A stretch of 64,000 nucleotides of DNA from Naegleria gruberi (GCA_000004985.1 GG738926.1); one strand, 5' to 3'; counted from the first letter of the stretch, positions 41,226 to 52,907 are shown. Notes: generated from the sequence alone by a model not told the origin. A program made the numbers and translations.

Positions 41226-42650
41226 CTACTCCTCATCAGAGCTAGGCTCATCAGAGAAATACACTTTATCAAATAATTTTAATCCAGCAGGTGTTGAACT
41301 AATCTCTCCAGATATGGAATTCCTTTTAAAATATGTTTCATGATAGGAAGCAATTTTTCTCAATTTAGGAAAAACATCATTAAACAATAAATTCACTTCT
41401 GTTAAATTAGCAACTTCCAAAGTTGTAAAAATCAATTTTTCAATACCGTTAAATTTACCCCTTATATCCCAATCAAAATTATCAATGTTAATAATTTTAA
41501 GTTGATTGGAAAATACAGAATGTGAAATAAGGTTATACGAATCGTCTGAACCACAATTATCAATCATTAAGGTGGTTAGATTAATCATATTTGGACTGTC
41601 AACAATCATTTTTACACCCTCACTCCCAATATCATTGTTACTGATATCCAAATAAGTCAACTTGGTAATATACTTGCTTTCACATAAATATTTACATGCT
41701 TGTTTAGTACACAAGCCATGATAAATGATAAGACTCGATAAATTACTCATATTTGGGCTATTGGCGATGTCAATTATTCCATCTCCAATTCTACACCCTC
41801 CTAAATTCAAATAGGTCAATTGATTTAAATATTTGCTATTAGCAATTTCCTTACATCCTTCTCTCTCAAAACTATTTGAACATAAATTGAGACTAGTGAG
41901 ATTCTTAAAATGTTCATTCCTTGTTATTGGTTCCATATTTTTTATGTAACTTATTTCTAAACATAAGCTTGTCAATTGAGTTAATTGACCAAAATCCAAA
42001 GCTTCATCAACAAAAATATCATTAATTTCCAAATTTGTTAAATTAGTGAAATATTTTCCATAAGCAAGAGCTTTTAAAATTGACTTATTCGCATTGAAAA
42101 GTGATTCCAATTTCAATATCCGTAAATTTTTACAATTTTCACTATTTGCCAAATATTCAATGCCCTCCCTAATTTCTGATTCTCCAAAATCTAAACGTGT
42201 TAAATTTTTCAAATAAGGACTGGTTGCTATTAATTTACAACATTCATCATCAATTTCATTGGCAAACAATATCAGACTCTTCAAATTGCGCATCTCTTCA
42301 CACTGACACAACTCTCTAATACACTCCAATCCAACAAAATCATCGAGACGATAACAATTACTTGCATCCAATTGAGTCAAATTGGAAAGTAATTTGTTTT
42401 TGAACAATAAATTGTTTAATGTACTTCCTCGGGTGAGTTTAATGGAGAGAGGTAGTTTGCAGCACTGATCAAACCATTGTTTGGAAACGAGTGAACAAAT
42501 TGGAATAATTTCCTTCCTATTATGGAGAAATGGTAAAATATTCAGTAGAATATCATCGTATAATGTGGGGGAGGAGTATTCGTGCATTTTCTTACATTTT
42601 GATGGTGGTTGAACACCAGTACCACTTTCAGCACTAAATATTCTTTTCAT
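41226..42650 (-). CDS. F-box / leucine-rich-repeat (RNI-like) protein
   Basis: 474 aa. An N-terminal F-box-like segment (LYDDILLNILPFLHNRKEIIPICSLVSKQWFD) is followed by at least 12 cysteine-containing LRRs (L..L.L..C..I.D.g...L). Confidence 0.8.
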   Translation of the reverse strand: MKRIFSAESGTGVQPPSKCKKMHEYSSPTLYDDILLNILPFLHNRKEIIPICSLVSKQWFDQCCKLPLSIKLTRGSTLNNLLFKNKLLSNLTQLDASNCYRLDDFVGLECIRELCQCEEMRNLKSLILFANEIDDECCKLIATSPYLKNLTRLDFGESEIREGIEYLANSENCKNLRILKLESLFNANKSILKALAYGKYFTNLTNLEINDIFVDEALDFGQLTQLTSLCLEISYIKNMEPITRNEHFKNLTSLNLCSNSFEREGCKEIANSKYLNQLTYLNLGGCRIGDGIIDIANSPNMSNLSSLIIYHGLCTKQACKYLCESKYITKLTYLDISNNDIGSEGVKMIVDSPNMINLTTLMIDNCGSDDSYNLISHSVFSNQLKIINIDNFDWDIRGKFNGIEKLIFTTLEVANLTEVNLLFNDVFPKLRKIASYHETYFKRNSISGEISSTPAGLKLFDKVYFSDEPSSDEE

Positions 42651-43130
42651 TTTTTTATTTCAGATAATTAATTTTTAATGAAATGGATTTGATGAGTTCC
42701 CAATTTGGGGTTCTGAACTTGTTATTCAAACTGATGATACACAAACTACAGAAGAATGCTCTGAGAACAGTCATACGATTGTATTCTAAACTATCATACT
42801 CATTAAATATAACAATGCGAAACTCTGAAACACTGGATTTGCAGAGTTTCTTGAAGATCATTCCATTATTTAAATTGCTGCAGTGCCTGTTGATCTATTG
42901 TTGGGCTCAAAGAAGAATAAACAGTTTCGTTTTGTAGTGTATTTCGAATAAATCTTGTTTTCACAATTTAAACTAATGTTAAAGGACTAACTCTCTCAAC
43001 AACTCTTTCTTATTTGAATTGTCCTTTCTCAAAGTGGATGGGGATCAAGATTAGCATCAGCAACATGTCAAACTTTCGAATAAAAAACACTTCAAAAAAA
43101 TAGCGCAACCACAAGTTCATCTCTGTAGCC

Positions 43131-45116
43131 ATGTCATCCATGTGGCTTTCAAGTGCATCAACCATTGACATTTCTCATCTGGTGGTTTCAACTTCATATC
43201 AACTAAACGAAACCCTTTCGAATAATTCCACAAATTCAACAATATGCCATCCCATTCTCTTTCAATTGGGCAACTTTTCCCGCGAATCCACTCCACAAGA
43301 ACTCTACGGACTTTGCCCCGACGCTCTCACCACTCCAATCTTTAGTTCAATTTTATTATTTCTAATCATTCTCATGTCCATGGCCAGCATTTTAGGAATC
43401 ATTGCCTACAGACACAGTGGACACATCAAAGCCAGAGGTGCAACCACCATTTCCCTCTCAGTTTGTGTCCATCTGGTGTTCGTGTCCATTTTCTTCCTTC
43501 GTCTAATGATCGATCGAAAGACATTTCCGTGTGCAATTTATACATTGCTCTATTTTTTATTACCGGCAGCTGTTACATTACCCATGATATTGAGGTGCAT
43601 TCGTCTCTATTCAATGTACAAATTGAATTTAATCAAGACGAGGATATTTGATGTGGATGGAGTGGATTCGGTGAATGGTGGAGGTGGACGAAAGAAAACT
43701 AATGAAATGGTGAAGAAGGAAGAAATTGTGAGTTCAGTAGTGGAAATTGTGGAAGAATCGAACCATGTGGAAATGAAGAATTTTGAGAATCGTCAACATT
43801 CGGTTCATTTTGAAAAAGTGTTGAGTGAATCGACAATTAATCAAGAAACACCTTCTTCATTGAATACCACCTCAATAACTCATAACAGTTCATCCAATGT
43901 CGATTCTCTAAATAATTCAGGAATAGACGAAACTCTCAAGCAACAGGAAAATAATTTACAAATCTTGTCAGAGGTGAAGGGAACTCAATCGACTTTTGAC
44001 GTGAATGAAAATATTCACACCAATGATGAATCAACAGTGACTGACGATGAGGACATTACCAACACTTTCACATTGAATACTTCACGGTCAACTTGGAATC
44101 TTTCAGACATTAATTCAAAGGAAGTTCAATCACAAGCCAGAAAGCTCAATATTTTGACATTTATTTCATCGTACAAGTTTATGGTAATTTGCTATGCCTG
44201 TTTGCTGATTTTACAATTTTTGCTATGGCTTGGTTTGGGAGGAATTGAGGAGATTATTTTTACAGTTTCTCCTCCTGCAGATAATTCAAGAATTTTCCTA
44301 TTGGAAGGAGGAATGTTACTCTTCTCTCATGGATGCAGTATCAGTACCAAGTTTGTCATTATATTTGGAGTGATTACTGTCATTTACTTTATTATTGAGA
44401 TTGGTGCATTCATTTTGTGTCTGTTTGCTGATAGAGATACTTGGAATATTAAGAAGGAAACTGTCATTTTGCTAATTTTTCAAGTAATATGTCTACTCTT
44501 GTTTGTCATTACGGGAAATATTGACATTATTGTGATATTGACAGATTATTTTATTCCATACGGATATACCTTAATGATCTATTCCTATATTGAAATTCTG
44601 ATTTATTCCCTTATTCCAATAATGAGATCCATGTATGAAAATTACAAAAAGAAACGTCAGGTAAAATTCATGCAACAGGAGGCCTCAGAATTGAGCAAAT
44701 CAACAAGTTCCTACCATTTGAAACCTGTCCCATTGTCAGATGTCGAACGAGTTCTTATGAATAAGAGAACATTTAACATTGTTTTGGATTTTGGAAGAAG
44801 ATCCTATTGTGTGGAATCAGTTCTTGCATGGAGAGACATCCAGAGGTATCAAAAATCGAGAAGACATAGAAAGAAAATTGCCCAACACATTATTAGTACC
44901 TATTTAACAATTGGATCTCCTTTCGAATTGAATATTTCGAATATTGAAAAGAAACGATTGGAATACTCAACTATTATTGAGGAATCTAAGAAATTGGAAA
45001 GTTCTTTATTTGATTCTTTAGAATCACATTGTCTGTCAGATATGACAGATTTATTCGATCGGTTGAGATCATCAAATGCTGAAATTGATACCCTAGTCAA
45101 GTCATTTAAAAACTAA
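43131..45116 (+). CDS. Seven-transmembrane receptor with C-terminal RGS domain (7TM-RGS), paralog of 31614..33601
   Basis: 661 aa, single exon. Same architecture as the other 7TM-RGS gene: 3 TM, a ~170-aa S/T/N-rich loop, 4 TM, then an RGS box (FNIVLDFGRRSYCVESVLAWRDIQRYQ...KKIAQHIISTYLTIGSPFELNISN...LFDRLRSSNAEIDTL). Shared blocks with the paralog include EEYGLCPE/QELYGLCPD and GRKIFPCFIYMLTYFF/DRKTFPCAIYTLLYFL. Confidence 0.8.
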   Translation: MSSMWLSSASTIDISHLVVSTSYQLNETLSNNSTNSTICHPILFQLGNFSRESTPQELYGLCPDALTTPIFSSILLFLIILMSMASILGIIAYRHSGHIKARGATTISLSVCVHLVFVSIFFLRLMIDRKTFPCAIYTLLYFLLPAAVTLPMILRCIRLYSMYKLNLIKTRIFDVDGVDSVNGGGGRKKTNEMVKKEEIVSSVVEIVEESNHVEMKNFENRQHSVHFEKVLSESTINQETPSSLNTTSITHNSSSNVDSLNNSGIDETLKQQENNLQILSEVKGTQSTFDVNENIHTNDESTVTDDEDITNTFTLNTSRSTWNLSDINSKEVQSQARKLNILTFISSYKFMVICYACLLILQFLLWLGLGGIEEIIFTVSPPADNSRIFLLEGGMLLFSHGCSISTKFVIIFGVITVIYFIIEIGAFILCLFADRDTWNIKKETVILLIFQVICLLLFVITGNIDIIVILTDYFIPYGYTLMIYSYIEILIYSLIPIMRSMYENYKKKRQVKFMQQEASELSKSTSSYHLKPVPLSDVERVLMNKRTFNIVLDFGRRSYCVESVLAWRDIQRYQKSRRHRKKIAQHIISTYLTIGSPFELNISNIEKKRLEYSTIIEESKKLESSLFDSLESHCLSDMTDLFDRLRSSNAEIDTLVKSFKN

Positions 45117-45260
45117 TTTAACCTATTCAATATTTTAAATTGTTTCATTCCCATTTTCTTAAAATTGCCAACTGGAAAGTTTACAATGGCTTAATTCCTA
45201 TAATTAGTCCACAAAGTTTGTGTTGTAAACAGCACTCTAGTCCTTCCATTTCAAAAAAAA

Positions 45261-46196
45261 ATGAAACTACTTGAGCTTCCCATTGAGATGATCCTCCACA
45301 TGATTGATTTTATTATCGAAAAGGATCCGCTCCGATCAAGATTTCCAGAAAATATTAAAAATTTGTGTAAATTGGATTTAATTTCCATGGAACTTTCGAA
45401 TCATCCTCTCTTTCATCAGCATTTGGATAATTACTGGGAAATTATCTTGCTCCATTTCGTCCATATTACCCTCGACAAAAATGGAAAAGTTAATGGTGCT
45501 AAAAGTGGAATTGAATTTTCCACAGTTGGATTTGAAGCTAATTTCAATCCGATAAAGGAAAGGAAAATGTGTAAAATGTGTTTCTTCACGATCAATAGCA
45601 TTGAAAAGCTAAAATTTAAAGCGTTTCGTATTCAACTTTTGCATGATTTATCCGAAAGTTCAAAACCAGTGTTAGAAACCTATAATTTGTTGAGAGTATT
45701 TACAGAAGAAACATCATCCGTTAATTTTGGCAAATCATACATGATGCAGGTTGTTAGAACAGCCCAAAATAATTACGTTACATACGATCGTAAGTTTACA
45801 ACAAATTTTTGTAAAAAGTTAAATTTTAAAATTCAAGAAAAAAAAACAAATTCTTTTGTAATCTTTCCAAAAACATTGAAATCACTTTCTGAATTTGTGG
45901 AATTGGCTGACAGTAGAGATTCCACCACCCCAAAATTAATTTGTTTATGTGAAGAATCTGAATTGAGTTTCGAACAAGTTTCAAATTATGTGGAAACTCA
46001 AAAAGTAACCGATTGTGAAATTATTGGAATAGGAAAAGGAGAAGATTTGGAACTCATCAACAAATCCCTTAAAAATCTTGTAGAAACTTCTTATTTTCAT
46101 GAATCTGGGCTTTTATATTTGGAAAGGAGAAATAATATTCGAAAGTTTGCCAAAAAAATTCCTAATTTTCATGAAACAATTCCTAATTTGGATTGA
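45261..46196 (+). CDS. Hypothetical protein (311 aa), weak F-box-like N-terminus
   Basis: True ATG. The N-terminus reads LPIEMILHMIDFII. No other recognised domain. Codon usage is consistent with coding. Confidence 0.4.
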   Translation: MKLLELPIEMILHMIDFIIEKDPLRSRFPENIKNLCKLDLISMELSNHPLFHQHLDNYWEIILLHFVHITLDKNGKVNGAKSGIEFSTVGFEANFNPIKERKMCKMCFFTINSIEKLKFKAFRIQLLHDLSESSKPVLETYNLLRVFTEETSSVNFGKSYMMQVVRTAQNNYVTYDRKFTTNFCKKLNFKIQEKKTNSFVIFPKTLKSLSEFVELADSRDSTTPKLICLCEESELSFEQVSNYVETQKVTDCEIIGIGKGEDLELINKSLKNLVETSYFHESGLLYLERRNNIRKFAKKIPNFHETIPNLD

Positions 46197-46286
46197 TGAG
46201 CTTATTTCATGAAACTTTTTGAGAATTAAAATATTTAACATAAAAAAATATTTAATTTTTATTACAAAATAATTTAATAAAAAAAA

Positions 46287-48938
46287 ATGTCAGAATCAAA
46301 TCTTGATCGTCTGATCACGCTCTCGGATCTACGAAACAACTTTTCCGCAATCAAAAGCCTCACCAACACGACCTTTGCAAAAGAATACAAAAACGACGAA
46401 TTATTTTATCAGAATTTGCTGGAAACACAACAAAAAGAAATTTTACCAATTCTCCAGCAGTATAGCATGTCAAATTTGTATAGTGAGTGCATACATAGAA
46501 CGTTGGAAATTGGTGATAATGATGGTGAGAAGGAAATTTGTATGAAAACAATATTGTTAATATATGTGTACATGTTGGAAATTTCAAAAAGTGGATACAC
46601 TTGGAATATTCCAGAGTTTCGATTGTTTATTTATTATGTGGAAGAGAAGGCATTAAAACAGTTCTTTGATTGTTGTAAAAGAATTTATCAATCAAAACAA
46701 GAAGCTGAGTTAGAAACTGGAGTGGAGAGTTTGGAAAATTGGCAATATTTCATATTGCATATTTACATTCGTATACACAATGATATTATTACAATCGATA
46801 ATGGAATTGAAGGATTCACTGAATGCCCTCCCTTCTGTGTCTTATTGACACTTTCTAAATACTTTTGTGAGAAGAGGGACAAATTCGTCAATGAAAATCC
46901 TGGAAAATTCTGGAAAAAGAGCAAAATTGAAAGCTTTGTATTGCACAACCACTTGTTGTTTTGGAATAGATTGATTGAAGTAATATATGAAATTGATATT
47001 TCCTCCCACTCATCAGATGCTGTTTATAGAGCAAAATTGAAAACTACTGTCTTTGCTAAAGTTGTAATGGACTGCTTTTATAATATTGCAGACCTTAACT
47101 CCACAAAGAAGGAAGGGAATTCATTTCGTGTTGTTTTGTTGATTATAGCCAAATTGTCTCACGTATCTCCTCTCCACTATGATCTATTAATGAAGTTAAT
47201 GGCACATGACTATGAACAGATCAAAAATACCCCTGACTCGACTGTGCTTTCTGCCAATGATATTTCGAAGTCTGGAGAGATTGCCAACTCTAAATACTGT
47301 GGAAAATATGCATGGATAATTAAGCACAAAATATTGAGCATAATAAGTTCACTACTGAATGATGTTGCCGGACTAGGAACAAATATGCAATTTGTTTCAG
47401 ATTATTTTTATTATTTCAATTTCATTACTGAAATGTTGAAAAATGAATCTGAAATTGAATCAGGAAGTTTATTGGGACAGCAGGCAATTATTACTGCAAT
47501 TGAAACTATTTCATTGAATGCCAATTTAAATAGAGAAGAGTGTACAGTGCTTTCAGAACATGAATCGAACGTATTGAATTACTGCAAGAAGTTGATCTTC
47601 TCAAAAAATAGAAGATTAAGAAGACTGACTAATACCTATCTTGGTAAATTCTTTGACAAAACTGAATATTGTTCTGATGATTTACTAAAATCAATTATTC
47701 AGTCTCATGAATTGGTTACTGATGATGTCACTGATTTTTGCGAGATGCTACAGGGAGTAGCTAAATGCTTTGGAAATGATCATTCAATTGTTGGAGAATC
47801 AGTTTTGGAAAGCTTTGGATCATTAATTTACAAAATCTTTGAAATAGTATGTGTGGATGATAAAAAGAAATATTTGCAAGATTCTAAAGATAAAGGTGAA
47901 GAAGGAATGATGAAAATTCATAAGAGAAATGTAGAAAAAGTATTTGAGTTACTTGAAGAAACCTATTCATTAATTCAAAAACATATCCAACTTGAAGTAC
48001 TTCTTACATATATGAAGAAAACAACAGAGGAACTGGTTGACAACGTTGGTGCTTTAGATACATCTATTCTTCCATTATTTTCTCTAGTTCTTAATGAAAT
48101 TTGTGTGTCAACCAAAACAGATGATTTAGTAGAATCGTTTGAAAAGCTTGGATATTATCAATTCCTAATTGAATTCATAGAATTTTTCATTAATGAAGGA
48201 GAACATTTTTCACTTATTGAAGTTGGCCCAATATTCATTCTCATTGCATGTCTGAGTGATATTCAACTATTACACACCAAATTTACAATAGATATGGTTA
48301 GTGAACACAAAATGCATGGAAAACAAAGTATTAGGAATTTTGTTTACGATTACCTCATTCCAATTATTATTAAGAGCTCCAATTTACCAATTGATATTCA
48401 TGAATACATCGGAGGGGAACGCTACTTTTGTTATTTGGATAAAATTAGTGAATCTTACTACGCATGGAACAGAATAATGTTGAATGATATTGCATACACT
48501 GGACGATGTCAGATACTGCCTTCAATTATTGATAGCTCAACAAAACGGATAAGGGAAGATCTCCAAACTCTATTAGGTTTAGAAAAGCCATTGACTGAAG
48601 AAGATGCTTTGGATGAAGCAATATCAAATGCAGTTATTACTTTGATACTACTAAATAGACACCAAATAGAAAAGGTAGCTGAAATTGTTATGCAATTCAT
48701 GCCAGTAATATACAAGGATTCCTTTTATGAAATTATGGTGCACAGATATGGAAGGGTTAATATTTTAATCACATTAATGGAAATAGTTGAATACTCAATG
48801 TATATTGGCATTTTCAAATTTAATTATTTAACAGAGGAGTGGATAATTGGTTTGCTTGAACAACCAATGAACAATATCTATTTAAGAGCATTAATTCAAA
48901 GAGTTTTTGCTCACATTGAAATTTCGAATGCTTATTAG
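46287..48938 (+). CDS. Hypothetical large protein (883 aa), predicted all-alpha, no recognised domain
   Basis: A long uninterrupted ORF with a true ATG and gene-like composition. I could not assign a family from sequence alone. Confidence 0.5.
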   Translation: MSESNLDRLITLSDLRNNFSAIKSLTNTTFAKEYKNDELFYQNLLETQQKEILPILQQYSMSNLYSECIHRTLEIGDNDGEKEICMKTILLIYVYMLEISKSGYTWNIPEFRLFIYYVEEKALKQFFDCCKRIYQSKQEAELETGVESLENWQYFILHIYIRIHNDIITIDNGIEGFTECPPFCVLLTLSKYFCEKRDKFVNENPGKFWKKSKIESFVLHNHLLFWNRLIEVIYEIDISSHSSDAVYRAKLKTTVFAKVVMDCFYNIADLNSTKKEGNSFRVVLLIIAKLSHVSPLHYDLLMKLMAHDYEQIKNTPDSTVLSANDISKSGEIANSKYCGKYAWIIKHKILSIISSLLNDVAGLGTNMQFVSDYFYYFNFITEMLKNESEIESGSLLGQQAIITAIETISLNANLNREECTVLSEHESNVLNYCKKLIFSKNRRLRRLTNTYLGKFFDKTEYCSDDLLKSIIQSHELVTDDVTDFCEMLQGVAKCFGNDHSIVGESVLESFGSLIYKIFEIVCVDDKKKYLQDSKDKGEEGMMKIHKRNVEKVFELLEETYSLIQKHIQLEVLLTYMKKTTEELVDNVGALDTSILPLFSLVLNEICVSTKTDDLVESFEKLGYYQFLIEFIEFFINEGEHFSLIEVGPIFILIACLSDIQLLHTKFTIDMVSEHKMHGKQSIRNFVYDYLIPIIIKSSNLPIDIHEYIGGERYFCYLDKISESYYAWNRIMLNDIAYTGRCQILPSIIDSSTKRIREDLQTLLGLEKPLTEEDALDEAISNAVITLILLNRHQIEKVAEIVMQFMPVIYKDSFYEIMVHRYGRVNILITLMEIVEYSMYIGIFKFNYLTEEWIIGLLEQPMNNIYLRALIQRVFAHIEISNAY

Positions 48939-49180
48939 AAATGCATCAAGGAAGTATTAGATTTTGTAAAAAACCTTTCTTAAGCCACATATTTCCTAGA
49001 TTTTCGATAAATTTTTAAATTAAAAAAAGTTTAAAAAAAAATTCAAAGACTTTTTCTCTTCTTTTGAATTCACCGTAATTCTTTAATTTGCTCTCGTTTC
49101 TTCTTACCTGGCAAAAAGCAAACCATCCAACTACAACACTTCAACCACATCCACCATTTCTTTGTAGCTTTCTATAGAAA

Positions 49181-50176
49181 ATGTACACTAATGAAAATAC
49201 CTTTAGCGACAATACTGATGAAGAATTGTTTGACTTTAATTTTGGTTTTCCGTTAACTCATGATGATGAACAAGTATTGTCAACAACCACTGAATATTTA
49301 GGTAGCTTCCAACAACAAAAAGAACATTTACAAGAAGATTTTTCAACAACTTCAGTTGATTCTGTCTTTGTTGATGATCAAGATTTGGTTGATGGTTTTG
49401 CTGCTTTGGAGCAACAAGAAGCTCAACTTATGAGCAATTTGCATGCTTTTGTCTCCATGTATTCTACAGTAGAGATGGATATTCTTGTTGATCAATATTC
49501 ATTAGCTTCACCAACAACAAGAACTTTCCTCAGTCTTGATCAAAACACTTCTCCTGAAAGTGTTGTCGATCAAGTTGTTATTGGCAAGAAGTCTTCCAAA
49601 GACATCTCCAAAGGAAAGTTTGAACACTCTTCGTTTGTGGAAAAGAGAACCAAGAAGGCAAAGAAATCAGAAGAGCAATCGATCAAGAAACGTGCAAAGA
49701 AGTCTTCTCCTGATTTATGGGAACACACAAAATTCTCTGAGAGTGCACCTTACTTTGAGATTGTCACTGATGTGAAGGAGATGGAGCTGATTCTTGAAGT
49801 AGCTCAAACAAAACGAAGACAAAATGGTCCACTAAATTCAGATAAGAATGATATTGTCCATTACTGTGATTTGTCGTACAAGATTGAACAATTGGATATC
49901 AACAAGGTAAATTATGTTTCCCTTAAAGGTTTACTTGATAAGAAGACCATTTACAATGGTGAAAAGTCATCCAAAAGTTATACATGGATTAGATTGAAGG
50001 GTACGTCAGAGTACTTCTTTTTATATTGCCAAACTGGCAAAACCAATGCTGTTCATAACATCATGTCAATCAACAATACTGAACTGGTCAGTACAAGATC
50101 TGACCATCTCTCTAAATATTCTGCAAAATGTTCTGACACTGTCAGAATCATAGGTCCAAAACAAACCAAGTACTAA
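49181..50176 (+). CDS. Hypothetical protein (331 aa) with acidic N-terminus and basic KK-rich middle
   Basis: ATG ORF. D/E-rich N-terminal 100 aa, then a KKxKK-rich stretch resembling an NLS, then a C-terminal ~130 aa of unknown fold. Confidence 0.4.
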   Translation: MYTNENTFSDNTDEELFDFNFGFPLTHDDEQVLSTTTEYLGSFQQQKEHLQEDFSTTSVDSVFVDDQDLVDGFAALEQQEAQLMSNLHAFVSMYSTVEMDILVDQYSLASPTTRTFLSLDQNTSPESVVDQVVIGKKSSKDISKGKFEHSSFVEKRTKKAKKSEEQSIKKRAKKSSPDLWEHTKFSESAPYFEIVTDVKEMELILEVAQTKRRQNGPLNSDKNDIVHYCDLSYKIEQLDINKVNYVSLKGLLDKKTIYNGEKSSKSYTWIRLKGTSEYFFLYCQTGKTNAVHNIMSINNTELVSTRSDHLSKYSAKCSDTVRIIGPKQTKY

Positions 50177-50903
50177 CCTACCTGGTTTGCTATGAACCTC
50201 GCAAGCGAATACTTAATTTCCCTCAATATTACTCTCAGTATCATACATAAGGATTCACCCATCTTATGTGTGATATTGCTGTGATACGGATTGGAAAATA
50301 AGGTTTCTATTGCGAATTGAATTCAATCATTGTTTTAATAATTAAATAAAATTCTTTGTAAATAACATAATTAAATTTAATACTCGGATCAGCATTGAAA
50401 TTAATCATTTAAAAATTCAATAATTCAATGATGTTAAGGGTGGAACAAGTTTTATTATTACATTCTTTGCACGTTTCTTCAAAAAAGGATGATGAAAATC
50501 CACCTTTGAACAACGTGATTTCCAACCTCACGTTTCATCCATTTCAATCCTGCACCTAAAGTGATGATTTCAAAGCTTTAAAGAAGGTTACGTTCCTTCA
50601 TCAAAGCCTAAAAAAACAACACAAAAACAATTCGAAAAGTTCTTTCAATACAATAATAACGGCCGTTATTAGGAGGCTCCTATTGATTCAGGAAATTCAT
50701 TTTGTTATATAGATAATATATATTAGTGTGAATTGAAAACGGACGTTAATCATTTTACATTCATCATCACATTTGGGAAAATTAAATTATAAAAGTTGAT
50801 AAATCACTTCCGATTATTCATCATCATCATCAGTGTAAATAGTAACACCACCAAATAATTGTAGTATATAATAGTAGTATTTAAAATAGTATATTAATAA
50901 TAA

Positions 50904-52585
50904 TTGAAAATGCTCAATACAACACTTCATAAACAGAAAAAGAAGGTGAGCAAGAAATCTCAACCTAAAATTCACCAAATTACCATCTCTAAATATATCA
51001 ATGATAAATATGCTCTAAAATCTGTTGAATTGGGAACTGGTTCCTTTGGGGATGTTTATTTGGGAGAGGAAACAGATCCGATCACTAGAAAGAAGAGAGA
51101 TGTGGCTATTAAGAGAGTGAGATTGGAAAGATATGGTCCTGAACATTTCAAATATTTGGTGGCAGAAATTGAAATTATGGCTGGTTGTCAAAATGAGTTT
51201 GTCATGTCACTTGTTGATAAAATTGAAATTCCAAGAAAGGAACTCTATTTGGTAATGGACTTGTGTGAGGCAAATTTTAAATATTACATGAATAATGCAC
51301 GAAAGAGGAGGCAAGATAAGAGATTGCCTTTACTTTCAGAGAAGGAAATTCAATATTGGATAAAACAAATTAGTAGTGGATTGGGATATTTACATTTGGA
51401 AAAGAAGATTTGCCATCGTGATATTAAACCACATAATTTGCTACTCAAGAAAAAGGGTCACGAAGTTGCTTTTGATTTCTATGCCAAGATTGGAAATTAT
51501 GATGAATATACCATTCTGATTAGTGACTTTGGTCTTTCCAAAGTGTTGGATAGCAATCCAATTGCAGAGACAATTCTTGGAACTCAATGTTATAGATCTC
51601 CACAGCTGGCACTCTTCCAACCATACTCATTCGATGCAGATATATTTGCTTTGGGTGTGGTGCTGTTTGAAATGATTGCTGGTTACTGCTTGTTTGGTGC
51701 TCAAGTTACTAATCCAAAGCCAAAATATGGTGAAATTATTAGTACTTTAACAGAGAATATTGACTGGAGCTTTTTATCTGATGCACTTGATATTTCTCCA
51801 GAGCTGGTAGATCTTCTCTCTGGCATGTTACAATTTGAAGTGGAGAAACGTTTGAATATTGAACAAATTTTGCAACATCCCTTCCTTAATATGGATTTTT
51901 CAGAAAGTGAAGTTACTACTACCAGGTCATTCCATCTGAAACTATACCAACTGTATCATATATTGAAATTCCTCTTACTACCACTACTACAACTGACAAT
52001 GATTCTCCAAACAACTCAACTCAACAACAGCAACAAGTTCCTGTACAAATTATACTACCAACCAGCGAGGAAGAAAAAGAAAAAGAATTGCCAGTTAACG
52101 AACCAATCCAAGTAATACAGTTGGAACGTGATGAGCCAACTCCTACAACCTTTTCAGAATTTGTCTCCTTCTCCTATGAAAGAGTTGGACTGCCCCAAGA
52201 TTATACACGAGTAAGCATTATCAAGGATGAGATTGGTTGTGAACCTGCCCTTGTTAAAACTGAAAAAATTTCCAAGAGCAAACACTCCAAAGTTCTCATT
52301 CTTCTCAGCAGTGACAGCAACAAGGCAATTAATTATTCAATCAAGGTACTAGAGTCGCCAGTCAAACACACACAAACAGGAACAGTTTCTTCTACTGTGG
52401 AATATGAATTGGAGAATATTGAAATGGAAATGATTACTCTAGAGTTTGAATTTACTCATTCTCTCACCAACAGATGGCTTTCTTATTTCACAACTCCAGA
52501 ACAGATTCCATTCACTATTGAAATTTATGTTCAATCGAGAATTCCAGAACATACCTCAACTCTTTCTATTGAATCAATCAATTAA
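50904..52585 (+). CDS. Ser/Thr protein kinase with C-terminal extension (two ORFs joined by a frameshift or undetected short intron near 51900)
   Basis: Kinase ORF 50904..52115 shows LGTGSFGDVYLG / VAIKRV / HRDIKPHNLLL / ISDFGLSK / YRSPQ...DIFALGVVLFEM. The +1 frame opens immediately after a TGA at 51908-51910 and continues to 52585 (T/Q-rich linker, then a ~150-aa globular tail). The kinase frame beyond ~51910 becomes low-complexity L/Y-rich. Confidence 0.7.
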
Positions 52586-52907
52586 AATTATTTGTGACTC
52601 TTTCAGAATTGTGAAATTGAGAAATTTGTATGAGAACAATTAGGATAAATGTAAATTTGCAGTTGTTAACTATCCAACGCCTACTGACCTTTCTTTTTCA
52701 ATAGCAAAGTTTATAAAGTACAAGTTTACAACATGTTCCTTTGCTTACGGTTTCAATTAGAAACCATTCGAAATTAGATGAATTCAACTCATTCATTTTA
52801 GAAGAATGTTCTCTTAACTTCCCAAGGGCGCCATCAATTAAAACAAAAAAACCTTCAAATAACAAAGACATGCTCACCTGTCAACATTCAAAAAACAACA
52901 AAAAAAA

